64,000 nucleotides of DNA from Polyangiales bacterium (GTDB lineage Bacteria > Myxococcota_A > Polyangia > Polyangiales > Polyangiaceae). The position numbers and the translations under genes were made by a program. Positions 1 through 8,050 of this stretch are shown one piece after another. Each line of letters starts with the position of its first letter. Within the stretch, counting starts at the first letter, position 1. The notes under the pieces are model-generated. The model was not told the origin of the DNA. It saw nothing but the letters and a program-made list of their open reading frames with translations, and made no database searches. The stretch is from positions 49,973 to 113,972 of the forward strand of contig JBBRLQ010000025.1 of assembly GCA_038231275.1 (NCBI GenBank). The letters run 5' to 3'.

Positions 1-189
1 ATCAAGGACTCGCAGGCCATGAAGGACATGGGCGCGCGTGACTGGAAGCTGCGCTGGAACGAAGCCGAGGCGTACGCGCGCACCGGCAAGAAGGTGGAGG
101 CCCGCGCCTCGTTCACGCAAATCCAGGGCGACCCGTCGCTCCACGTCGACGTTCGCAAGCGCGCGAAGCGGGCCGCCGGCGCGGTGTAG
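1..189 (+). CDS. 3' end of a partial CDS, helical/TPR-like C-terminus
   Basis: Frame 1 is open from the window edge to TAG at 187-189 (IKDSQAMKDMGARDWKLRWNEAEAYARTGKKVEARASF...), with G/C-ending codons. Confidence 0.6.
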   Translation: MKDSQAMKDMGARDWKLRWNEAEAYARTGKKVEARASFTQIQGDPSLHVDVRKRAKRAAGAV

Positions 190-278
190 TAGCGGCTCGG
201 AGTCAGCATCAAGACGGACCGTCGCGCTCGAGGCTCGCGGCAACGGTCAGAGGCCGGCTGCGCCTCTTGGAAAGCCGA

Positions 279-542
279 TCATGACGAACCGTATTCTCGC
301 GCCTCGTACAGGCGTTGGAGACCGAAGCGGTCGAATGCCTCCCGCGCCGAGATGTCGCTGGCCGAGCTCGCCGGATCCGCCCAGAGGCGCTTGCCGTCCG
401 TGAAGTAACGCAGCGTCGATCGCCCCGCGATCGACTGGATCTCCGGCGCAGGCACCTCGACCTGCATGTCCGCGTTCGACAACGCTTCGGGCAGCGCGGC
501 CGAGCCGAACGCATGGATGATCATCCAGAGGGGAGAACTCAT
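279..542 (-). CDS. Small protein, candidate immunity protein for the upstream PAAR toxin
   Basis: 87-aa ORF starting 9 nt after the PAAR-toxin stop on the same strand. Function is inferred from position only. Confidence 0.55.
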   Translation of the reverse strand: MSSPLWMIIHAFGSAALPEALSNADMQVEVPAPEIQSIAGRSTLRYFTDGKRLWADPASSASDISAREAFDRFGLQRLYEAREYGSS

Positions 543-551
543 GACGTGGGG

Positions 552-2990
552 TCACCTGCCATTGTAGGGCATGACGGGCCGTACTTTGATCCCCGCGGCC
601 TCGAAGACTTCGATCGTTGCAGCCCACTCTTCGGGGCTTCGAGGCCCATAGCGACCAGAACCTCCGTTGATGATCGCTTCGGGTTGTGCGCCAGGTTCGT
701 GGACAAATCGCATTTCCCCGGCGGAAAACGCGCCCTGGTCCGGGGGACTCAGGTTGCTGTGGACGACGTTCCCGCGCGGGGTGGTAAACGGAATCCCTTC
801 GCGAGCGATGTTCAGGCCGCCTTGGTCCACCGTGTAGAGGTAGACGCCGTTGGGGTCTGCCCGGTTTGTGACCGTGAGATCGCCCTCCGGAACCGGGGAC
901 CTCACCACGTCGTCGGGGACGGGGCTGTCAGGACTGACGCGGAACGCTTGCGACAGCTCCTTGTTCGTGCCCTGTTCGACGAGCGCATCGAGCTCGCCGG
1001 GCGGCATGTCGGGATTCGCCTTCGTGAGGTTCGCCCGCAGCCGCGCGGCCACCGCAGCGCGCCCCTCGGCGGAGAAGAGGGCGACGTCTTCGTTCGGAAG
1101 GATCTCGCGGTTCGGCGCGCGCGGCGCGCCGCCAACGGCCTCTTGCAGCGCGTTCATGCGCGCGGCCAGCTTCGTCGGGGCGGGCGGCGTTGCCTCGGCG
1201 GCCGTAATCTCGCTGGCCTTCGGCGCCGTGGCGGCGCCCTCGCACGTCGCGCAGGCGTTTTCTTTCGCGCCTCCGCCACCGCCAAGAGCGTCCTCTAGCC
1301 CCTTCGGCACTTCGGGGAGCTTCGGTCCGATCTCGCCCTTCCAACCCGGCGGCCGATAAATCTCGTGAACGTACCCCTTGCCGTACACCTCACCGATCGC
1401 AAATTCGTCGATCGGAATCCCCTCGGGAGCCGCATCGTGAGGGAAGCGGATGACGCCCTTCTGCCCGTTGAGGCCGACTCCAGGCTCGCCCCCCAGCTCG
1501 ATGAGTCGCGCCTTGGGGATCGCGAGGACGATGCCGTCACGGTAGAACGGCGTTCCCTCGGCGAACCAGATGTTGTCCGCGTTGACACCTTGCTTGCCGA
1601 ACGCGCGGCCGGACTTGAGACCCCCCTCGAGCACACCCGGCAGCGCTTCGTCCGGAATGACCGAATAGGCCATCTCCGGGTTGACCGCCGTCGGATGCCC
1701 GTCGGCGTACAGCTGCTCGAACACTGCGTCCTGATCCGAAGCGCGTCGCACGTTGTTGGCGTTCGCGAGCATCTCTTCGGCGCTTGGCCGCGGAGTAGGC
1801 GCCACTTCTCCGGCGACGGGCTCGGGTGAACCGCCCTCGAGAAGCTTGGGGCCGGTTCCGCCCTCCAGAAGCTTGGGGCCGGTTCCGCCTTCGAGAAGCT
1901 TGGGTCCCGTTCCGCCCTCGAGAAGCTTGGGGCCGGTTCCGCCCTCGAGAAGCCGGGGTCCGCCTGTGCCGACCGGCTCGGTCCCCTTCATGACCCAGAC
2001 GCCTTCCGAGTTCTGGACCATCTCGATCGGCTCGTTCACCCGCGCCGCGGGTCCTTCGAGCATCGGCCGTGCTTCGGGCGAGAGCACTTCGACGCCGGGC
2101 TTGCCGCCGCCGGTGAACCCTTCGAGAAGCTTGCCGCCCCCCTCCATGAGCTTGCCGCCTGCCGCACCCGCGACGAGACCGCCGCTCGTATGGAAGAACT
2201 GCTCGAAGCGATGGTCGCTGTAGCCCGCGGCGCTGTCGATCGCGGCGCCGCCTACCCCGCCGAGGTACGAGCCGCCCTTGAAAATTCCGAACCCCGCGCC
2301 GAGCTGGAGTGCCCCCTTGAAGAACGCGCCGAGACCCGTGCCGATGCTGCCCGCCGTCATCCCCGCGGCGACGCCGCCCACGACCACGGTGAGCGCCGCG
2401 GCGCCGAGGCCGATCATTCCGAAGATCATTCCGACGTCGTGCAGCGCGGTGCCGATGTTGTGGAGCTTGGACGCGAACGTCTCCTCGTAAGGAACGTCGC
2501 TCGCGACCTTGGGGCCGTTCAAATACGTGTACTGCGTCTGCGGCAGGCACTGGCCGGTGCACGTGACCGTGTCCGTGTGACGCGCCGCCGGGAGCTGCCC
2601 GATGCCGATGAACTTCGCGCCCTCTTTGATCTGGCTGCTGGAGCTGCATCCGGCCGGATCGGTCATTCGCGCGGCCATCTTGTTTTCGATGAAGACGGTC
2701 TCCAAACCCTTCTTGATCGCGCCGCAGACCGAGCCGCTGACGTGATCTTCGTCGAAGTGCTCGCCGAGTCGCTCGCCGGCCCAGCCGCCCAAATAGAATG
2801 CGGACACCGCTCCAGCGCCTACGGCGACGGCCGCGAGAATGGTGAGGCTCACCGGCGCGGTGATGATGATGACCGCCGCGATGATGGCCCCGAGGATGAG
2901 CCCGCCGACGAGACCCCAGAACGCGCCCCAGCCGGACGAGTGGCTCCCGACGTTGTCCCCCATGCGCGCGGCGAAGAGGACGTCGCTCAC
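552..2990 (-). CDS. prePAAR-TMD-PAAR T6SS effector with C-terminal toxin domain(s)
   Basis: GTG at 2990 after a GAGGAG SD. N-terminal AARMGDNVGSH (prePAAR-like), hydrophobic helices, PAAR-type motifs MAARMTD and LPAARHTD...C, a second hydrophobic region, a repeat linker, then globular C-terminal domains. Confidence 0.85.
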   Translation of the reverse strand: MSDVLFAARMGDNVGSHSSGWGAFWGLVGGLILGAIIAAVIIITAPVSLTILAAVAVGAGAVSAFYLGGWAGERLGEHFDEDHVSGSVCGAIKKGLETVFIENKMAARMTDPAGCSSSSQIKEGAKFIGIGQLPAARHTDTVTCTGQCLPQTQYTYLNGPKVASDVPYEETFASKLHNIGTALHDVGMIFGMIGLGAAALTVVVGGVAAGMTAGSIGTGLGAFFKGALQLGAGFGIFKGGSYLGGVGGAAIDSAAGYSDHRFEQFFHTSGGLVAGAAGGKLMEGGGKLLEGFTGGGKPGVEVLSPEARPMLEGPAARVNEPIEMVQNSEGVWVMKGTEPVGTGGPRLLEGGTGPKLLEGGTGPKLLEGGTGPKLLEGGTGPKLLEGGSPEPVAGEVAPTPRPSAEEMLANANNVRRASDQDAVFEQLYADGHPTAVNPEMAYSVIPDEALPGVLEGGLKSGRAFGKQGVNADNIWFAEGTPFYRDGIVLAIPKARLIELGGEPGVGLNGQKGVIRFPHDAAPEGIPIDEFAIGEVYGKGYVHEIYRPPGWKGEIGPKLPEVPKGLEDALGGGGGAKENACATCEGAATAPKASEITAAEATPPAPTKLAARMNALQEAVGGAPRAPNREILPNEDVALFSAEGRAAVAARLRANLTKANPDMPPGELDALVEQGTNKELSQAFRVSPDSPVPDDVVRSPVPEGDLTVTNRADPNGVYLYTVDQGGLNIAREGIPFTTPRGNVVHSNLSPPDQGAFSAGEMRFVHEPGAQPEAIINGGSGRYGPRSPEEWAATIEVFEAAGIKVRPVMPYNGR
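1831..1965. repeat. 27-bp tandem repeat, about 5 copies, encoding (LLEGGTGPK)n in the PAAR effector
   Basis: Unit CCGCCCTCGAGAAGCTTGGGGCCGGTT repeated with synonymous variation; the last copy is degenerate. Confidence 0.95.
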
Positions 2991-3059
2991 GTGGAGCTCC
3001 TCTCGCCGAGGACGACGACGCACGCATGGAGGTGGGAGGGGGCTTGGGTCATTCGTTCT

Positions 3060-3617
3060 TCAGCGGCGACCGCCGCGGTAGCCGGGCATGGGGACGAGGG
3101 GCGGCGCGGACGGGTCTTGTGGGGTCTGACTGGGTCGCGCGACGCTGGGCGGCGGACCGCCCGACGGCACGGGCGGCGGCGTGTCGAAGCGGACCGTCTT
3201 CAGGATCTCGTCGAAGAGCGGCCGCGACGAGGCACCGTCCTTCGCGGGCGCCGTGGTCGTGAACGACGTCGCGACGCGGCCGGTCTCGATCGTGCGCTCC
3301 ACGAACGTCACGGTTTGCTCGAGCTGCCCCGTGTGACCAATCCAAGTGTACCGGAGAAAAATTGCCGGCTGCCCGCCGAGCTGGGTCTCTTTGCTCTCGA
3401 GGAGATCGAAATCCTTCAGGTGCCGTCCGAGCTGGAGGAGCTGGCGGTCGGCGTGGCTCCGCAACGAATCGGCTTCCCGAATCGCCTCGCGCGTCATCAC
3501 GAAGTTCGGCGCCGCGTCGCTAGAGGGTCCGACAGGAGCGGTGTAGGCCACGATGGTTCGGTCGACCCAGTTCGCAGGTGTTTCGAAGAAGGCATCTCGA
3601 TCTTGGTGACGCGGCAT
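3060..3617 (-). CDS. DUF1795/DcrB-like (Eag-type) effector chaperone with Pro-rich tail
   Basis: PANWVDRTIVAY...NFVMTRE...L.S.ADRQL..L pattern; GAGGAGG SD; directly upstream of a prePAAR-TMD effector. Confidence 0.8.
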   Translation of the reverse strand: MPRHQDRDAFFETPANWVDRTIVAYTAPVGPSSDAAPNFVMTREAIREADSLRSHADRQLLQLGRHLKDFDLLESKETQLGGQPAIFLRYTWIGHTGQLEQTVTFVERTIETGRVATSFTTTAPAKDGASSRPLFDEILKTVRFDTPPPVPSGGPPPSVARPSQTPQDPSAPPLVPMPGYRGGRR

Positions 3618-3817
3618 GAAGTGGTCGTCCTCCTCGGGTTTCCTTGATCCCCCATGGTAGCGAGGGAGGGCAGATCTAGGGACGACGAAAAATCTGCCCG
3701 ACCTCTAATGGATACGCCGGCCGAGGTGCGCCGCTCCCCTCCCCGTTCGAGGCGGGCGCGGGTCGACGCGGGCGCGTTCCGTTAAGAGAAGTAATTTTGA
3801 GTAGATAGCCGACGATT

Positions 3818-5038
3818 TCAGCGGCCGTGGATCGTAAAATACGAGAGCGGGCGCGTGTCGTTCGCGGCGTAGGTCACGAAGAGCTCACGCTTGTCGAACG
3901 GATAGACGGCGGTGGCGAGCGGTGCGTCGAAGAGGTCGACGTAGTGCGGCACACCGAGCCCGTACCAACGCGATAGGTCGTAGTGGCTCAGTTGGAACCT
4001 CGGAACGAGGATGACGCGCGGCATCAGGTGGTTCGCGCCGAGCACGGGTTCCCGGAGCTCCACCCACGAGAAGGGCCCCTCGTCGAGGAGCGCCGCGCGC
4101 ACCGAGAGGAACGGATTTTCGACGACAAGCGGGCGCGGCGCGAGCTCCACCTCGAACGTCCGGCCGATGCTCTCGACGTCGATTACCGGGAGCCCGCGAA
4201 TGCGCTCCAGCACGTCGAGAATGTCGGGGGTCAGCGTCCCCGGAACGAGCGTCTGCGGAGGGACGAACGCCTTCGCGAGGTTGTCGGCGAGGAGCGGCCC
4301 CTCCGCGTCGCGAAAATTGCGCGCGAGCGGGCCGTCGGGCGAGAGGCCGATGGCGTCGATCGCGAGCGGGAGCGGTTCGCCGTTGCGCCGGAAGATGTCG
4401 AACGCCTCGACCTGCATCCCACGAAGCCCGGGGCCGCCGATGTCAGGGCCGCCCGCGAAGAGGATCTCGTCACGGACGATGGCCTGCTCGAGCGCGGCGT
4501 GTCCCCAGCGGCGCATCAGGAATACTGCGTTGTCGTGCAAGAAGGCGGGCGAAGCCGGATCGAGCGCAGGCAGCGGGTCGGCGACCACGTTCGCGTACGC
4601 GATGGAGTGGACGAGGCGCCCCGTGAAGGCTCCGCGCGATCGCGCATCCAGTGAGATCGTGTGCGGCCCTTTGCGGCACCCGGCGCCGAAGCCGGACGCG
4701 GCGAGCTCCACGACCCAACCGGCGCGCAGGGCCTGATCGAGCAGCCGAACGAACGTCCCCGATCGCCGCGCGAGGCCGAGCGCGAGACCGACGTCCGGCG
4801 GTCCCGACGGCGCGGCGACGGGCGGGTCGGCGAGATCCCAGCGGATCGGCCTATAATTTTCGGCAGATCGTGCCTCGGCCGGCCTTCCCTGGGAGTCGAT
4901 ACGGCCGCCCGTGGCGCTGAAGTACTCGGCGCTGGGGCCGCGTGGGTTGCTGGGCTCGCCTTGTCCGCGTTTCAGCTTCAGCCGGGGGCGGCCTTCGGAA
5001 TCCGCGATGAGGCGCGGCGGCGTGCGGGGCGACCCCAT
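3818..5038 (-). CDS. Multidomain hypothetical protein: degenerate toxin-like domains plus an immunity-like C-terminal domain
   Basis: 406-aa ORF. Start supported by TGtTATCCT 7 nt upstream. Contains LVHSIAYA and IVRDEILFAGGPDIG, resembling a metallopeptidase toxin lacking HExxH. Confidence 0.6.
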   Translation of the reverse strand: MGSPRTPPRLIADSEGRPRLKLKRGQGEPSNPRGPSAEYFSATGGRIDSQGRPAEARSAENYRPIRWDLADPPVAAPSGPPDVGLALGLARRSGTFVRLLDQALRAGWVVELAASGFGAGCRKGPHTISLDARSRGAFTGRLVHSIAYANVVADPLPALDPASPAFLHDNAVFLMRRWGHAALEQAIVRDEILFAGGPDIGGPGLRGMQVEAFDIFRRNGEPLPLAIDAIGLSPDGPLARNFRDAEGPLLADNLAKAFVPPQTLVPGTLTPDILDVLERIRGLPVIDVESIGRTFEVELAPRPLVVENPFLSVRAALLDEGPFSWVELREPVLGANHLMPRVILVPRFQLSHYDLSRWYGLGVPHYVDLFDAPLATAVYPFDKRELFVTYAANDTRPLSYFTIHGR

Positions 5039-5090
5039 GCGCCGGAGGATAACAGCTGCAGACTCCGAGGGGGGAGGTTACCCTGGCCGC

Positions 5091-5684
5091 GTGAGCGCCG
5101 CCGATGACGAGGTCGACACGTCGCAGCAAGCCGGCGTCGGGCCGCTCAACTACGACGAGCTCCCCGGCCTGGAAGACATCCTGCTCGAGGACAGCCTCGT
5201 CCGCGAGATCGTCGAGTCGCCGAGCTCGCTCCGCTTCGTCCTCGCCGCCGCGCTGAAGCGGGCCCATCCCTTCTACCAGCGCCCGCGCGCCGGCGATCGT
5301 CACTGCTACCGCCCCGCGACGCTGACGTTCCACGGCGCACAAATCGTGTGGTCGAAGAAGACGACGCTCCGCTTCACCGACGCGGCCGCAGCCGTCGATC
5401 TCGGCAACATCGACACATTCGTCGCCCCACCCGAAGGCGGCTACCACCTCGAAGGGGATTTTGGCGTCGTCGACGTGCGCCGCTCGCGCGCGCCGGTCTT
5501 CACGGTCCTCGGCGCGGCACCGGAGGAGCGCGCATACTTGCGCGAGGCGATCTCGGCGTGGGTCGCCCACCGTCCCCCGACGCTCGAGCGCCCCGCCGGG
5601 ATGGCCGGTGCCGACGAGGGGCGCGACGGAGTGGAGCACGGCCACCTCCACCCCCACGGCCACCATCACCACCATCGGCACTGA
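5091..5684 (+). CDS. Orphan immunity-like protein with His-rich C-terminal tail
   Basis: YDELPGL...LEDS.V..I...HP.Y..P..G..HCY...D.GNID...LEGDFG pattern, which I recall from genes next to polymorphic toxins. Ends HGHLHPHGHHHHHRH. GTG start with TACCCT 6 nt upstream. Confidence 0.6.
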   Translation: MSAADDEVDTSQQAGVGPLNYDELPGLEDILLEDSLVREIVESPSSLRFVLAAALKRAHPFYQRPRAGDRHCYRPATLTFHGAQIVWSKKTTLRFTDAAAAVDLGNIDTFVAPPEGGYHLEGDFGVVDVRRSRAPVFTVLGAAPEERAYLREAISAWVAHRPPTLERPAGMAGADEGRDGVEHGHLHPHGHHHHHRH

Positions 5685-5693
5685 GCCCGAGCG

Positions 5694-6122
5694 ATGACGC
5701 GGCACGTCTTCGACGACACGACGCTGGAGTGCGGCGACGACTTCGTCCTCACGACGATCGTCGCGCAACGCGCGAAAAAGGGCGATTTCGCCCCAAATTT
5801 GGTGCTGACACGAGGCCCCCTTCGCGACGAGGAGACCCTCGAGACCTACGTCGCCCGCCAGCTCGTGGAGCTGGCCAAGAGCCTGAAGAGCTTCAAGCTG
5901 CACGGGCGCACCGAAGTAGAGCTCGCGGGCCGACCGGCCCGTCGCATCGCGTGCGGATGGCAAGGCACGCAGGGTCACGTCGAGCAACGCATGACGATGG
6001 TCGCGATCGACGGGCGCGTCCTCACGTTCACCGTCACCGTGCCAAAGGCCAAGGCCGACGAGCTCTTTCCGCTGTTCGACGGCATCCTCGCGACCGTCGC
6101 CATCGGCGCGATCGCCGGCTGA
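5694..6122 (+). CDS. Second DUF1795/DcrB-like chaperone
   Basis: APNLVLTR...ETLETYVARQLVELAK.L..F; visibly paralogous to 3060-3617. Confidence 0.75.
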   Translation: MTRHVFDDTTLECGDDFVLTTIVAQRAKKGDFAPNLVLTRGPLRDEETLETYVARQLVELAKSLKSFKLHGRTEVELAGRPARRIACGWQGTQGHVEQRMTMVAIDGRVLTFTVTVPKAKADELFPLFDGILATVAIGAIAG

Positions 6123-6214
6123 CGCCCAAGCAAGGGGCATTCCGGAGCACATCGCTCACCATGGGTGCTTCCGAGGGGGGCGTCGCGCCTGGTTGGGAGT
6201 ATCATTAAGGAAGA

Positions 6215-8050
6215 ATGGCGCGCTCGCTCTCCATCGCTCCCTGCGAGTCGTTCAGCCCTGCCCTATTGCGCTCCGAGCCGGCCGCGCTCGCGTCGTGGAT
6301 CCGCTACCGCCTCGCGAAGTGGCTGCTGAACGCCCCCGTGCGCAAGTCCGGGTGGACCTACCCGAGCACGTCGCACTACGCGTCCGGCAACATCCTGGTC
6401 GGCCGCGATCAGGCGACGTTCGCGCTCGAGCGCGAGGACCAGAAGGTCGAGATCGTCTACCACTTCGCCGGCGCCGGCTTCATGATCGGCTCGCGAATTC
6501 CGTTCACGATGATGCAGACGATGCCGAGCCCCAAGGGCTCGAACGATCTCTTCATCCTGGGCGAAGTGACCGGTGACGGCGATCAGGAGAACCTCGATCG
6601 GCTCGGCATCACGAACAAGAACTGCATGCTGATCGATCTGCGCACGCTCCTCGACGCCGAGGTGACGCATCGCGGTCACGGCATCGCGGGCTCGGCGCTC
6701 CTCCTCGGCGTGTCGCCGTCGCTCCAGGCGGATTTCTCACGCCTCGCCGCGTACTCGCGCCGCCTCTCGAACCTCGCGAACCAGCCCATTTCGCGCCAGA
6801 CCGTCTACACCCCGGGCCTGCGCTCGGAGTGGAATCCGACGAACGTGATGGGCATGGGCGGCGTCGACCCGCGCGCCATCTACGAGGACGTCGAGATCAT
6901 CTTCAGCCACCACGACTTCCGCGCGGTCCTCTTCTTCGGCGGCCTCCAGGGCACGGCGAACACCGGCTCCGTCGCGTTCATGGGCCAGATCACCAACGCC
7001 GCGAACGACGACAAGGGCGCGCTCCCGAAGGCCGTCAGCACCATCGGCAAGGCGCTGCTCGCCAACCTCAACCAGGGCAGCAAGGGCCTCCAAGCCGGCC
7101 TCATCGATCAGGCGAAGGGCATGGTCGCCAAAGCCATCCCCGACGCGAACGTGCGAAAGGCCGTCAGCTTCGGCCTCGGCGAGATCGGCAAGAGCAAAAA
7201 GGAGATCGAAGCGGACCTCATCGGGAAGGGTAAGGGGTTCATCGACTCCAAGCTCCCCGACGGCTTCGGCAAGAAGGCGTTCGACTTCGCCGTCGATCAC
7301 ATCGGCAAGAGCAAAAAGGAGATCGAGAAAGATCTCTTCCACGACGTCGTCGGCGGCTTCAAAGGCAAGATCGACGGCAAGCTCCCCGATGGGTTCATGA
7401 AGAAGGTGGTCGATTTCGGTATCGACCACGCCGGCGAGAACCTGAAAGAGCTGAAGGCCTCGGCCGTCGGCGTTCTCAAGGACAAGGCGTCGGAGCTCGG
7501 CAAGGCGTACTGGGACGCCCACCAAGACCAGCTCCTGCAGTACAAATTCCCGGCCCTCGCGACTGCCGCGATCGCGATCGCGTCGAACAAGAACGCGCGA
7601 ACGTTGGCCGGTCAGTTCCCGTCCGTCGAGCGCGCGATCTTCAGCGAGCTCGGCGACAAGCTCAACCTGCCGCCGGTCGCCAGCACGTTCCTCAAGGACA
7701 ACGCGGCCGCGATCGTCTCGGGCGACTGGAAGGGCGTCGCGCAGGTCGCGATCAGCAACGAGCTCGGCGGGGGCGGCTTCGGCAACCAGGCGGCGGCCGT
7801 CGCCCTCGAAAAATTGACCGGCCAGCCAGTGACGTCGACGGCGCTGAAGTTGCTCGGCGGGCAAGGGCTCAAGACACTCTTCGACGGCGGCGCGCCCGTG
7901 GTCGCGTCGGGCAAGGCGGGCGACGCCGCGGTAACCGGAGTGTCCGCGACCCACGTCAACGTGAAAGGGCCGACCGGTCTCGCCAAAGTGCTGTCCCACG
8001 GGGACTTCTTCGGGGCGTACGATATGGTTGCATCGCCTGGCGTCCAGTGA
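6215..8050 (+). CDS. Hypothetical 611-aa protein with internal helical repeats; candidate T6SS cargo
   Basis: AAGGAAG SD, strong codon bias, three ~39-43-aa repeats, Gly/Ala-rich C-terminus. Confidence 0.75.
   Translation: MARSLSIAPCESFSPALLRSEPAALASWIRYRLAKWLLNAPVRKSGWTYPSTSHYASGNILVGRDQATFALEREDQKVEIVYHFAGAGFMIGSRIPFTMMQTMPSPKGSNDLFILGEVTGDGDQENLDRLGITNKNCMLIDLRTLLDAEVTHRGHGIAGSALLLGVSPSLQADFSRLAAYSRRLSNLANQPISRQTVYTPGLRSEWNPTNVMGMGGVDPRAIYEDVEIIFSHHDFRAVLFFGGLQGTANTGSVAFMGQITNAANDDKGALPKAVSTIGKALLANLNQGSKGLQAGLIDQAKGMVAKAIPDANVRKAVSFGLGEIGKSKKEIEADLIGKGKGFIDSKLPDGFGKKAFDFAVDHIGKSKKEIEKDLFHDVVGGFKGKIDGKLPDGFMKKVVDFGIDHAGENLKELKASAVGVLKDKASELGKAYWDAHQDQLLQYKFPALATAAIAIASNKNARTLAGQFPSVERAIFSELGDKLNLPPVASTFLKDNAAAIVSGDWKGVAQVAISNELGGGGFGNQAAAVALEKLTGQPVTSTALKLLGGQGLKTLFDGGAPVVASGKAGDAAVTGVSATHVNVKGPTGLAKVLSHGDFFGAYDMVASPGVQ

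Noticed and set aside
1831..1965. 27-bp repeats as a CRISPR array
   Set aside because: Directly tandem, no spacers, in-frame coding, and no cas genes.
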